Part shown: positions 10,217-23,519 of the stretch, piece after piece
How the letters are laid out: the number at the start of each line of letters is the position of its first letter
Position numbering within the stretch: position 1 is the stretch's first letter
NCBI GenBank assembly: GCA_965644265.1
Contig: CBFFRO010000099.1
Location: 1 to 64,000, forward strand
Source: Glycera tridactyla
Taxonomy: Eukaryota
DNA: 64,000 nt
Reading direction: 5' to 3'
Notes under the pieces: generated by a model
What the model was told of the DNA's origin: nothing
Databases searched by the model: none
Seen by the model: only the letters and a program-made list of their open reading frames with translations
Position numbers and translations under genes: made by a program

Positions 10217-12243
10217 ATTGCAATACTAGACTGATACTGGGAATTTTTATGTTTATCATCATGTGGAATTGTATTTGTGTTACTCTGCATGATCATTATC
10301 GTAGGATATATGTTGTACCTTGCTATCCAAACTCGCACATTCACTTTGGCCCTAGACTCCTATGTTTGGATCAGGTGAAATGCGGTGCCCCACACCTCAG
10401 AAATGTGATTGCTCCACAGATCTGCAGATTTCTACATTTATTCGGGGAAATGTTACCTATGATAGAGTAGAGTGTTCATGCTATTGAATACTATGGTTTT
10501 AAGATCCTGAAGTTCTGATCGTAATCTGTCAAGTTGGAGCACAGCATATGCAGATGACTTGAGACATCTGCCATTTCTGTAGTCATACATTGTTCTTAGG
10601 CCATCATCTCTTGTGAAAATAGACTAGCCTGAAGGCCTGATGGAACAAAAATGTTTTATCAGTGCCAAAGCCATTCATCCAAATCACTTTGGATGAAATA
10701 TAGAAATCTTCCACACCTGGTAAATTGAAGGTTTTTCTCCAAAGGGCCTAAATAGCTTCCAGCGGATGAAATATTCCCTGTTTCAAAAACACTTAAATGG
10801 TTTTTTGATTATGTTCTACTTCAAAGAACAGGTGAATAATATTCAAGAAATCCAATGATTTCTGAAAATGTAATTCATACATTTCGATGATGTATCATGA
10901 GACATAGTTCTGTCTAATATTCAAGTGTTTTGGGCATTTCCAACCTTACAGCCATATATTCTTGCTTTTATCACATGGATTAGGAGAGAAATTGTCAAAA
11001 AGTAGTTGTCATCCAGTATCACATGCAATACTCAACACTCGATACTACACTGAAAATGTCACATCCATGTGTTAAAGACCCCAACCGTGAACCTTCAATG
11101 CTCATTGGGTCCATGTGGCCGTTCGTCTGGACATATGGGTTATGATTCAAAATGGTGGCCTACCTCGTAATAATCAAATGTTGAGAGGGTCAAAAAAATC
11201 TGGGCCAGTGGACCCATAGTAGAGGATATTGATGGGCCAAAAGGGCAAAAAGGGGGTCAATATAGCATGAGTCCCCTACCTGAGCGGTCGGAACAATGAT
11301 ATCACACGTGATATCACTTCACCCGCGATCCCAAGAGTGTGATATCATCGATCAGACCGTTCGGGGTGGAGATTCATGCATTCATGCCACACTCAAACTA
11401 CTGTCTTCCTTCCAAATTCTGGTTCTCAGTGTAAAGTGCCTTGACAATAAGCATCCGCCATGTTGGTTTACCTTCCATGCTCACTGGTACCCCATCTAGC
11501 TGCACATGAGTTGATATGATCGACAGAAGCTAGGTTACCAGTCGGCTGGTGAACAGCAAAAATAGTCCGGACAATACTTCCCGGTACGGGAGTATTTCAA
11601 GTGATAATACATACCACTTTAAAACATAGAAAACCACACATGTGTGGTATAATGGCCCGTCAATAATTAGAATGGCACTGATATGACGGAGAAACCCCAG
11701 AGTTGAGAAACTGGAAAGTTGAAATCTCAGGCCGTCTTGAATGTTTGTAGTAACAACTTTTCTTGTAGTGTTGTAGTTTTGTCGTCAGTGATTCATTTTT
11801 ATATCGCTTTCTTTCTCTTGTTTTCTTTCCAGGCCATCCAAAGTGTGAGTGTCCAGCACAATATATGTCTCGTCCTCCATTAAGACTGATGGCCAGCCCT
11901 ATTTTAATTTCTATTCTAATTGCCGTGTGAATCATAATCCGATCCTCCCCCGACCTCTTACAGCTTGTTTGCGGTGTCCTGGATTGCATGCGCATTGATA
12001 GCCATTAAACTGGGCCCAGTATTTGATAAGAGCTGCATTATGTGCACTTTTGATGTCGGTCAGGTTTCAGTTCTGGAACCTTTCACTGCATAATTCCATG
12101 TTTGCCAACTGCCAGTGGATTTAGACAAGCTGCTTCTGTCAAGCTCTTAATTGCATGCAGCTCAGAAGTCAAGTTAACAAGAGTTGTTCAGGGCAAAATT
12201 GGCAGGGAGCATTCATTGTGTGTTGGATTAGTCATACCATCGT

Positions 12244-12382
12244 ACCTGCTCCAGAGACCACCTGTTCATAAAGGCCACCCTGAGCTGTGACCGTGATAGT
12301 ATTTTTAACAGTAAATGGCCTCTTGATAGAGGCTACCTGCCTATAGAGGCCACTATAAAGGTCTGTATAGACAGGTTTGAAT
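12244..12382. mobile_element. Degenerate TA-target MITE
   Basis: ACCTGCTCCAGAGACCACCTG...ACAGGTTTGAATGTA; shares motifs with 2487-2649. Confidence 0.65.
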
Positions 12383-15300
12383 GTACATGTACAGAAATGC
12401 ATACAGAGGGGGCATTTATACATTTCATTTATTTCTGGAGCATACAGGGCTCTACACTAGGGCTTTTGTATTGGCACAGTCAGGTACCTGACCATTATTT
12501 AGGCTATTATCATATATACAAGAGGGCAGGTGAAAAGCACCATGTTTGCAAAAATGGGATATTAAGCCTGAAATACAGGAATTCTGATGTGGTCCCTTTT
12601 TGGGGAATTTTGCATTGGAAAGAGAGAAAGTAAAATCGGAAAATTGGGCCTGATCTAGTCCAATGTCATTGAATTAATGTGGATGCATGCAGTGAACGGT
12701 CCAGAATAGAGCTGAATACTGCGCATTTCACTAACAGATATTCAATAGAAGTCCTTCAACATATGAGGACATGCGGAAAACCTCATATCGGACTGCAGTT
12801 TATACTGTTTTTCATTGGAAATCCCCCCAGTCTGTTATTGCCGAGCAGTATCACATGGAAATTCACAACGTTCACCATTCTAATTAAGTTTTGTTACTAA
12901 TGAAATTGTTCTGTTTGTTTACCGTTCTGATGAAGAACAAATAGTTTTAGTGCAACTAAAGTGATGTTTGGTATCTCTTAACATTAATATTGTATCAAGT
13001 GTTGCGGCATGTGGTTGTTTTGAAATTACACGTCTCGTGTAATAATTACAAGAGTTTGCAACATGTTTTGATATCCAGCGTCCCTGCTACAAATTCCTCC
13101 ACACCAATATAACCTATTCCTCCTTCATGTTGAATATTTGGTATCCCTCTTAAAAATTCCATCTTTTTTTTTTTTTTTTGAACAGATTCGTGAGTCATTT
13201 TCTCAATAAGTACTTTGTATATCTCGCAACATATGATATCTAACGAGCTATGTGATATATTTATTTTTTCCAATGGCTAAATGCATAGCTTGATTTTTTT
13301 TTCTGGAAAATTTCCACTCAATGTCCACATAACATATTGTATTAAATTGCTGGGATTCATTGTTTTCGGCACTTTTTCATGTATATCATCAATATTTTGA
13401 AATATTTCGGATTCAGTTCCCTCATTGCAGGTGAAATTGCTTTCCGTTGCTGCATGATATCTTTCCGTTACTAATCGCATTGCATTTTTGATGTTACAGT
13501 TACTAATAGAACATTGATGAATTTCCGTTACCGCATCATTCCTGTCCCATATTTCTGAATCAGCTTGAGATTTTAGCGATGCCTTCAGGTCATGTGGCAT
13601 TCGGAAGAATAGCAAACGAAATTTCGTCAAATTTAAGGGTCAACATACCCACATTAAGGCTAATTTGCCCATTATAGTGTGATCAGCCACCTCCAGGAAA
13701 TGACTAATTGTCGGATATTCATCATTGTCTGCTTGTGAATTTGTCATTTTAATATGCATGATTGACACGTCCTCAGGTTATGTTACACCGTATGGGAAGT
13801 GGGGGTTCATATATACATTAATTCGTATCACAGCTACTACAGTTTTCACACAACTTGTATATTTTTTTGCAGCTGCAGCTTGATGAAGTTTAATTTTCAT
13901 AACTTTTTTCCTTGGAGAAATGTCTCTCCCATACTGGCCTTTCCCGGGTGGACAACTGTTTATTTCATGCCCTAGAGTCGGAAGGCCTCATTTACAGAGA
14001 TCTAGATAGTATCCACAGAACACACGGTCAGAATGATGTCCTCCTTTTCGGCCCACAATGTCCTTTTATCAGATTGGGAGACTCCTCTTTTTGTCCATAT
14101 TTGCCATCGGATGATTAGATGGCTCATCATACTGAGATTTGACCCATGATGCTTCTAGCTTGTGGGCCACAATGGCCCAAAATTCTTTGAGAAAATCTGA
14201 AGGTAGGAGAAATAATACTGATAGTGTAGAGGAACCATCACACTTTGCAGTGTGCATCCTTTTTCAAGTGAAGAGTACCAGAAGTTCATCTGGACTAGCT
14301 CTCAGTTTCTCTCTCATCTGTCTTGAGGTTTGATCACCTTTTCCTCACATCTGTTCTGTCTCTCAGGATTTCGACCTTAATTATTTGGCAAAAACACATA
14401 GGCGTAGAAAGATATTTTTGACCATATCAGTACCTTATTTATAGTATTGATACATCTCAGTTGGCAGTTTCTTTCATCTTGTGTTCAGGGTGTGTGAGAG
14501 TGATGCTTGAGGGGACAGAGCATTCAGCTTTTATGATCCCAGAATGCATTGCATATAATCCTATGGATTGATACAGACAGTTGAACTCTGGAAACGAATC
14601 CCTGATCCATCAACCACATTTTTCATCATTGAGAATTTCATTAAAGTTTGCCTCTTTCTAACTTCCTATGTGTTCTTTAAATTAATCAAGATATTCAGAA
14701 AAACAATCTTGGAAACAAAATTTCAGTTGAATTTGTCCATGTATTTGCTGTTATTTGGCTGTTCTTGGTGTATTTCGATGTGCTTCTATATGTGAGACTC
14801 AAACCATCGTCCTCAAACTCATTTTTCATTTGTTTCAACTAACATATATCGGTGTTTTCAGTTCATAGCCTGTAAAGCATTTGACTAATACTCAACCATT
14901 TGGCAGTATTGTATCTTGTACTGACCTGATTTTAGCCAAATATCTGCCCGAAAACTGTCGGCATTTTATAGGTCGATTTGTTCGACAGCATGTAAATTGA
15001 TGATTCCAAATTTCAACTGTATGCCCAGTACATCTGGTCCTCTTCACAATTGGCTCTGTGGAATGCTTAAGAATTATAGCAGTGCCCTTGATAATTGCTC
15101 TGAAAGCCGGAACTCAGATGATATCTGGTGAAAGAAGTGCAGTTCAGATCGGCCAATCCTTGTAAAGAGGATAATGCAATACTGAACTCATCTAACCCTG
15201 GATCACTTACATGGAATGTCTGAATGAAAATCCAGATGATAATTTTTTCACCTTCCATCATAGTTTTCCACAGCCACAGAATGAAGAATTATGTCTTTGG

Positions 15301-15785
15301 CATTATCAAAAAGTGTAACGGAACTATTCCTCTCAGCTTTATTGCTTCTGTCTTCCATTAGATTCTCTTCACTTTTCAAAGCCTATAAATGGCTGGGGAT
15401 TTTCCTTCTTCCAATTTTTATCTGCTTCTCACAAAGCTGAATTTGATAATTTACAAATCCGGTTTCCACTATTTCCCACCCTTGATCTGTCACCCTTGAG
15501 AGTATTTTTGCTCCATATTCATCTTCTTTATTTTTCAGCAGTGGAGAGTTTGGTCTCCTTGAGACGTAAAGTTTTGAGCCGTCACTTTGCTGGCCCACAG
15601 CTTCCCCGACTAATTTTATCTTCAGTTTACAGTCGTTCAACTAAACTTTTGAAATTGCCTCGCCCCGCGCAGTTGGGGGCCGATCAGTTCAGGTGGCAGA
15701 TGCTGGCTATCTTTCACGTGTGTGTGTGTTTTGTGCGGTGTGCTACCTGTAGTTTTGACTTTGTGTATGCCTGCTTTTGCTTCAG

Positions 15786-15839
15786 CGAAGACCCAGCCGA
15801 TCAAATGTGGGCGGGTAGATCTAGACCTAACTCATCCGG
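15786..15839 (+). CDS. Candidate 54-nt cassette exon (T)EDPADQMWAGRSRPNSS(G)
   Basis: TGCCTGCTTTTGCTTCAG acceptor and CGG|GTAGGC donor; symmetric phase 2-2, open frame. Confidence 0.5.
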
Positions 15840-18800
15840 GTAGGCACAATTCTCATTTTGTCAGTTTTCAATCCAATTTTTTTTTTACCGACTTATCTTA
15901 GTCCTAGCGCTAAGAGTCTATTTTTGTCGGGGAGGTCAACCCATCACGAAGATCATCAACTTAAAATGGGCTCTTATTCCTCATATTTTTTTTCTTCCAA
16001 CTTATATTTATTATATTTTTATATGAGCACCAATGTGTTGATAGTACATGTGTAGAAATGGTTGACTCTATGACAGTGTCCTCTCTTTAGTGTCTCATCG
16101 CTCAATTAGAAAAAAAAAAATTTATGCTATGTCACTTCTCCTCAATCTTGGGGGTCTTGACTTCCTTGATGGCTTCTGTTTGTTTTTGTTCTCGTTTTTC
16201 TCTGTCCTCAGTTGATGCCTTTCTTACATTGAGCAAACTTTCCTTTTTGTTTCTTTCACTTTTCTCCGATCTTTTTCTCCATACCCTATGTCTTGTATTC
16301 TGTCTTCGGACAAACCTAGAGATAGACTATTTTCACTCGCTCTCTGAATATCTTCATTTTGCGTTTCTCTACCATCAGTTTTGGAGCTGTTAAGGGTCAT
16401 TCCTACTCGATTTCATCCATCAACAGTACAATATTAGCTCGAGTTTTTTTTATTATTTTGAAATATGATAGTGATATAACCCAAGACCTGAGTTTGATTC
16501 ACATTTTTATTTAGTGATAATCATCTTCTTCAGAATCCGTTTTGTGGGGTTTTTCTTCAATTAAACCATTTCTGAAAGTGGCGCGTCATTCCATTTTTAG
16601 CACTGCTGGTATAAAATGACCACTCAATAAATCAATGGCCACAAGTATGCATCCACCAAATGTGCAATCACTCAAGTAAGATTAAAAACTTACAGTAGTA
16701 TTTTGAAAGAGTAGATATTCCATCTAGAAGTTGCCCTACTTTCAGACACAAGCTGTGTTGTTGGGGATGGGTCAAGCACCTCTGCAACTGACCAACATGT
16801 CTGGCTGATGTGGTTTGCCGCATGATCGCCCATGCGATAACCACTAGGTGTCAGTTTGATGAAGGGTTGGTTGAACCATCAGCAGTGTCGATGATTTTGT
16901 CTGAGGGAATTTCAGCACGCTTTTCAGTTGTAACGGTTGCCAACGTTTTGTTATGTTCAGTAACGGAATACAGGTGCCCATTCCTTTGTGTCACATTTAC
17001 GATAAAGAATACTTGATAGGGGATTCAGCCAATGTTTCTTTGTTAGTCGAACTGAACCGTCTGCAGTTCTAGCCTGAATGACAGCTAATCGCCATTGAAA
17101 GATCTACAAATGGTCCCCACTCTTTGTTTCTTGTCACTTATGTTTTGATCTGACTGGCTTCAGGCAATGTTTCAAACCCTCCATATTAGAAGACTTACAG
17201 TAATATTGTTGGTTTTTGTGGGAGCAGTGTTGAACCTGCATTCAGAATTTAGTCCCTCAATACAGGCATTGGTTGGTCATTGATATGTTATCATATCCAT
17301 CGGAAGTATTATAACTACAGATCTTAAAGTTTTGTTGAGGCTCCATTGAGACCCTTCTCTTCGGTTTGATTCTCAGTTATTGTAGACACTGTCAGACAAT
17401 CAAAAGTAGCATGCACATATTTTTTACTCAGATTCATATTGAACTCACATTCCAAGCCATGGTCCACAGTTGATAGAATTGCGCTGTTCATGTTGTCTTG
17501 AGCAAAGTTGTGTGTGCTTTTTACTATGTTGATCATCATGTGACACCCCTGTAAGTTTCAGGCACAGTTGGAAATTTCTCTTTTTCCCAATTTTATGTTT
17601 TGGAAATGACGAAGGACTGTATCATTTGGTTACATCAACTTTAGATAGTGATTGAGGAAAACAAGTATTGGAAGCTCTCAGCTTACTTCGAATGCTTGTA
17701 TCGTTTATTTCACATATTCTGACAAATTTTTGTGGTATTGATATGAGTAATATCCCCATAGCGTGACATTGCTCTTGAGTGGAACCACTGGATGTGAAGA
17801 TGAAGCTATCGAACTTGTCTTATTCATGTGTTGCGTTGACGCAAGATGATTTCGGAATGTAGCATCAGGCGTAAATTTCTTGGTCTGTGGTTCCACTCTG
17901 AAATACAGAACACCTTTAGGATATATCAAACAACTCTGCACGCTGGTGTATTGAGGCTAGAATGGTTCTAAAACATGTCAGAAAACCCCTGTGATCAATT
18001 CCGTTGGTTTTGTCCACAATCGCTGCGTCTTCCCAATCCAGTGGCGATGAAGTTGCGATGATGCAGAGTTTGTCCGAATGAGACGGGTGTCACATGGTGA
18101 AAATGTATTGAAATGTTACTGTATTTGTATGTTGTTGTATTTTTGAGATCAAGTGGTGATCTGCTGGCACTGTACTTCATTGGAGAGTGTAACTTCAACG
18201 TATCAAAATCTGAATTTGGGGCATTATTGTTGGGTCCTAGACGCTACTGGTTTGAACCTCCCCGAACATTTTGAGAAATCATAATTATGTTGGATACTAC
18301 TTCATTTTGCACTTGTCAAGTGAATTAACGACATCTTTCATCTCATGAGACTGTTAGGCCGCAAACATACCAGAATTTGGATCGGAATTCCGATACTTAT
18401 CAGAAATCTGATGAAAGGGGACACACCTTGTCTGTTTTCGAATCAGTATCTCCCAGTCTGAGCTCACATCTGACACACATGTCTGACTCAGTTGTGCCTA
18501 TTGATCAGCGTCCATACCATTGCTCTCGCTTTTACTAAATCGGATGCAGATTTGGTTACGAATTCTGATCCAGACTGGTGCATTCTGGATTGGCTCAAAC
18601 GTAGGAGCAGAGATGCCAACTGCTACAATTTTGGAGTAGCATTTACTCTGTTCAGACCTGAATTCTTGCATTTTACGAGTGATGCTACTCTGAAGAGTCA
18701 GGAATTTTCTTATTATTTCATCGCAAATACTGGCACTGCTAGCCTTTGAAATTGGCACTGCCGCTAGTTTTGTCCGTCAGAGGTCGGCATCTATGTATGA

Positions 18801-19158
18801 GTACAATTCTTTTCTGATGGCTGTCAGAATCCTGATCTGAATTTTGACAGCAAAAAACTGTGAGGTGTTATTGCACCATCAATCTGATGATAAAGATGAG
18901 TCTTGTTGTCAAAGATACTCTGTAGATTGAACATATTTTGGAACTCTCCATGTTCCGTTGCCTCGGGAGATGTAGGGCGTGCTGCAGATTGGCCACCTGG
19001 TCCGATGTTATTGTTTATGTGGTCGTTGCATGAGCTTGTCTAGATGTCACTTATTAGATGAGACATAACTTACTTTGTGTGCATGTTGTGTTTTTGTTTT
19101 ATGTTTGCCTTTGATTGCCGCTGCTCTTCTTGACTGTTGTGCACCGTGAATTCATCAG

Positions 19159-19173
19159 TTATATGCCTCTATT
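19159..19173 (+). CDS. Candidate 15-nt microexon encoding YMPL
   Basis: ~94-nt AG-free T/TG-rich zone with several TGC; CAG acceptor; GTAAGT donor; phase 2-2 in frame; TGCATG at 19371 and 19379. Confidence 0.75.
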
Positions 19174-19781
19174 GTAAGTACATTCTCGGCCTTTGTTATA
19201 ACGCAAGCACATGCTAATTTAGAATTGGGTAGATTTTCCTATACCCAATATAGAATTGGGTGGATGTTTTGTATACCCAAACTACTCTTATGATGTATCC
19301 CGTCTGATACTGCCATTTTTCGAGCCGATTGCTCCGTCCCCTTTTGCTACACCTTTGATTGTATGATGAATGCATGTATGCATGGATAAGCATTTAACCC
19401 AGGGCACTCCTCGTTTGAGTGTGCGCTAGCATGGTGTAATTCCCACGGAAATATACACTGATTCATTGTGGACTAAAATTTTGCCTTGTGTATTTTGATG
19501 TTGTTGGTAGATATGATCATAATTCATGTTACATCCTGTATGAAATCAACACTAATTTTCCATAATTGACTCATGAAATGACTACATTATCCAGGTTTTC
19601 GATTAAAGCATGAGTGTCATTACTCACACAGACTGCATTTTCATTTTTTCATTTTTACGATACAATTGACAATTTGATTTGAGGAGAACAATTTCCAGCA
19701 CTAGTTCAACTTCTTATACATTTGCTTGAGAGAGGGGTTTCTATTTAGGTGAAGATACAACAACTTAGAACTTAGAACATA

Positions 19782-19926
19782 NNNNNNNNNNNNNNNNNNN
19801 NNNNNNNNNNNNNNNNNNNNNNNNNNNNNNNNNNNNNNNNNNNNNNNNNNNNNNNNNNNNNNNNNNNNNNNNNNNNNNNNNNNNNNNNNNNNNNNNNNNN
19901 NNNNNNNNNNNNNNNNNNNNNNNNNN
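19782..19926. other. Assembly gap (145 N)
   Basis: Run of N followed by GT-rich sequence. Confidence 1.
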
Positions 19927-21491
19927 GTGTGTTCATTTGTACATGCAAGTGTCTGCGCATGTATGCTTGTGTATGCATGAGTGTTCCTGTGTCTGGCTGA
20001 ATGTGGGCCTTGCTGTCGTACCGTACCAAAGTGTCCATCATAACCATCCCATCCGTGTATTGTGCATTCCCGAATATACAGTCGTTGAAATTTCAGTTCT
20101 TATCATCAGTTGCCCACATATTTTTTTTTCTCAAAAAACGCACATCATTTTGACTCCTCATCGGGTTCTCCCTAGATTGGTAGATTTCCGCTCATAGACT
20201 TTCGATAAAAATCCCGTAGTGTTTCCAGCAGCTATCGTTACCACTTCTGTTGGATTAACATCACCCTCTAATATTCTCACTCCCTGCCATTTTTCTATCA
20301 AATTTTGTCAGATTCCATGTTATAGTTATGGAGTATTGCCCATTTTTTTCCCCATTATACACCACGGAACAATACAAAGTGTTTTACATTTTTGTGACCT
20401 CTCATAGATATGCGATGGGCAAGACTACAGGAAGAGATCCGAATTGATCTGCGATTCATAACGGACTATTCCATCAAGCAATATGAGGGGAGGGAGGGGT
20501 CAGGGTTGGAACAATTCTAACCCCCTACCCTATATCCTGAATTATTTGGCACCCCTGATTCAGAATTTGCATTCACCGACCGAGCCAACTGTTGATATCT
20601 TTGCATTACAGTGGTCAATGATCTCCTTCCCCAATTCTGAATGCGATGGATTGACATCAATCTCCTAGCCCCGAATCCTGATTTTTGCAGCACCCTCAGA
20701 TTAAATCTGTTGGTAACTCCCCAGATTTCGGATCGGCTGTCAACTGCCACCCGCACATTTTCAAATAGAATAGCCCTGGCATAGATCACCATTCACCGAT
20801 TCCATCTACCTGTGCGAGCTGCTCGCTAATTTCAAAACCATGAATGTAAACAACCAATCATGTCACAAACATGATTATAAATATAGATCAAATATTTATG
20901 GTCCACAATTTGAAGTGAAATACGAAGCAAATCCATTCAAGAATGCCTTGCTTCAGTTTCCATTCTAGTTATTTCATCCCTTAACTACCTCAAAGCCTAA
21001 GTTTACGATCCTGGCTTCATACAACATTTTTTTGTCTCCGGACAATTGGTCTGGAAATCATGAACACTTTTTGTTGGATATGAAGTGGCTGACCAATCCC
21101 CAAAGAGCACTTTTTGAGATGCTATGCTGTGAAAGATTCATTGGACGATAATGCACAGTGGATAAGCCAATGGCCAAGTCCCTACCTGCTTGCTGCAGAC
21201 TGAAAAGTCATCCCGCAGCAAAAGTTCTTCTGGATGGCTAGAGCTGGAGCTATTGAAGTCGCCTTTCTGTGGTGTTTAGATGTTGCAGACTAGCTTGTTC
21301 AGCTTCATATCCCACAGAAAAAGAAGCCCAGGATAGTATACTCAGGCATTAAATTTAGCGTCATATCATTTTTTTTGCGCTGAATATGCTGCTGTTGAAT
21401 GAGATAACGCGCTGCTCTGCTGATTTTGTTTGCATTGTGTTTTTGTGTCACCATAATTTTGTTGACATTTTTTGTACATCTTTGTTTTTAG

Positions 21492-21512
21492 GCCCTACAT
21501 GGAACTAAAGAG
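21492..21512 (+). CDS. Candidate 21-nt microexon encoding PYMELK(S)
   Basis: ~86-nt AG-free T-rich zone; TTTTTAG acceptor; GAG|GTAAAA donor; phase 2-2 in frame. Confidence 0.75.
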
Positions 21513-21567
21513 GTAAAACTCATGCTCCTGTTTTTGATTGAACTAGCAGTTGTCCCTACCTTCCTGC

Positions 21568-21625
21568 TGGTGGTGGTGGCAGCTCTGGTGGAGGTGGTGG
21601 TGGTGGTGTTAGTGATGGTGGTGGT
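21568..21625. repeat. (GGT)n-rich tract
   Basis: Directly visible. Confidence 0.9.
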
Positions 21626-22227
21626 TTGCTTTTATTTCCTCCTGTTTGCTTGACCTTAGTTTGACTACCAATTTTGTAGAGGTTGCTGTTGTTTTGTACC
21701 AAGACTCCTACTAATTCAAACCAATCAAAATTGAGCCTGTCACTCAAGACGGCTGTGAACAGGCCCAAGACGATGAGAGGGTTTTCTGTTTTACACATCT
21801 AGATATTGGATTCACACATCTAGATATGGGATCTAGAAATCAAATTCCTATTCCAAGTGGACAGTTTTCAGTCAGACTGGAGCCAAGATGTTTTTGAATT
21901 TCATTCTATCTTCCATCAGTACCAGTGACAAGCAAGGAGTCACAATCGTACTTTTTCCTGTGGCCTGAATATAATACCAAGGTTGGAGATCATTTGCAGC
22001 CAATCTATGGTGGCAAAGTTTCAAGCATTTATGAAAACTCTCGATTATTCTGCTTTGAGGTTATGCTGTCATGTCTGCTCCTCTATAAAGTGTCAAACCC
22101 ATTTGAAATGTTACTATTATTCTCTCGCTTATCTGGCATGATATCGAGATAAATCAAGTAATGGAAACTCAGGATCTATGTATTAGAACCTGAGAGTCAG
22201 AGGTTGCCTTCTGATTTCCCAATCTGA

Positions 22228-22460
22228 CCCCCCCCCCCCCCCCCCCCCCGTGTCTATCTCTCTGACTGTCTGTCTGCCTGTCTCTCTCTCCCTCCCTCCC
22301 TCCCTCCCTCCCTCTTCCCTGCTCACATCTCCCCTCCATATCCCTCTATCCATCCATCCCCTCTCTCCCTCTATCCATCCATCCACCCCTCCCTCCCTCT
22401 CTCTACCCCTCTCTCCTTCATCCTCCTCCTGTTCTCTCATCCTACTGATTCCTTCCTTCC
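22228..22460. repeat. Poly-C followed by CT/CCCT/CCAT low-complexity pyrimidine tract
   Basis: Directly visible. Confidence 0.95.
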
Positions 22461-23519
22461 CGCTCACTCTCAATCTGTCTTCATTGATTGATTGATCAAT
22501 CAATGAGTGTTGGATCAGGTTCTGGCATGATCAAGATCATGAGTTGCTATAATTGATCTATCCCCATGAGAGAGAGTGGGCCCGCTGATAAGGCTTCTGG
22601 TATCTGGCAGACTTCTGCATGACCTGAGCATCAATGGCTTCACTAGTAGGCAAACCTTGACTTTCTTGCACATTGCATGTGTCTTGGCAAGTCATATTTA
22701 CCATATTTCTCTACAGTCGAAGATAACAGTAGTATAGGTTCGAGAATTCTTCCGGGCTCACCTATAGTGCCTCATGGAATGTGCTTTCAGTGTGTTTCGG
22801 GGTTCATTTCACGAGTTGAGCTTCTCTTGAAATTGGAATTCCTGATGTGAGATGTTCAGGATCTGTGGCAGAAGAGTCACAACCATTCACAGCAGCCTCG
22901 GAAAATATGGAATTTTTATTCATGCTCATGCTACCTGGTTATGACAATCAACACATCCTGTCATTATCATGGTCTCATACTATGAGTGAAATCACATTTT
23001 GACTCAGATATTGATTCCAGATTTGACTGTACGTTTTGATGTAGGCTGCAATGGTCACACCTTTGAATTGCTGAAACCCTTTGCAGCTGTCTCGAAGACA
23101 TAGAATTTTCATTTATGCTCATGCTACTTGATTGTCATGATGGACCGCGAATGTCAACATCATGGCATCATCTGCTGCAATGAGATTGCATTTTGAATCA
23201 GAACATCTGAGAAAAGTAAAGATATTGACTTGAATATGAATAGATGGAATAAAACGATATTCATATCAAATTTGACTTACCATTTTGTTTGCCCCCTTTC
23301 CTCCCCTATTTTTGATGTGTTTTTGGAGAGTGACCAGTTACCACTGATCTGCCACCACCTCTCTAGATAGGGTTGATGACTTCCTCCACTAGATGACTCT
23401 GCAGAAATGACTGACGTGTCCTAGGTCAAGGTCAAAGCTGGCAGTCACATGATTCCACGAGCTTCGAGATCTGGTGAAATATGAACACTTCTCTGCTCAT
23501 CAGCTGAAGTGATGAAACA

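Noticed and set aside
13186-13189. Poly-T...CAG|ATTC|GTGAGT, a 4-nt microexon-like site
   Set aside because: Not frame-preserving; the poly-T is probably a homopolymer or retroelement tail; no supporting context
13046-13630. Two adjacent minus-strand ORFs (75 and 117 aa)
   Set aside because: AT-rich, no motif recognised, one crosses a poly-T run; not supportable as genes
16800-18960. Cluster of short minus-strand ORFs suggesting an old element
   Set aside because: Manual translation gave no recognisable RT, transposase or viral motif and frequent stops
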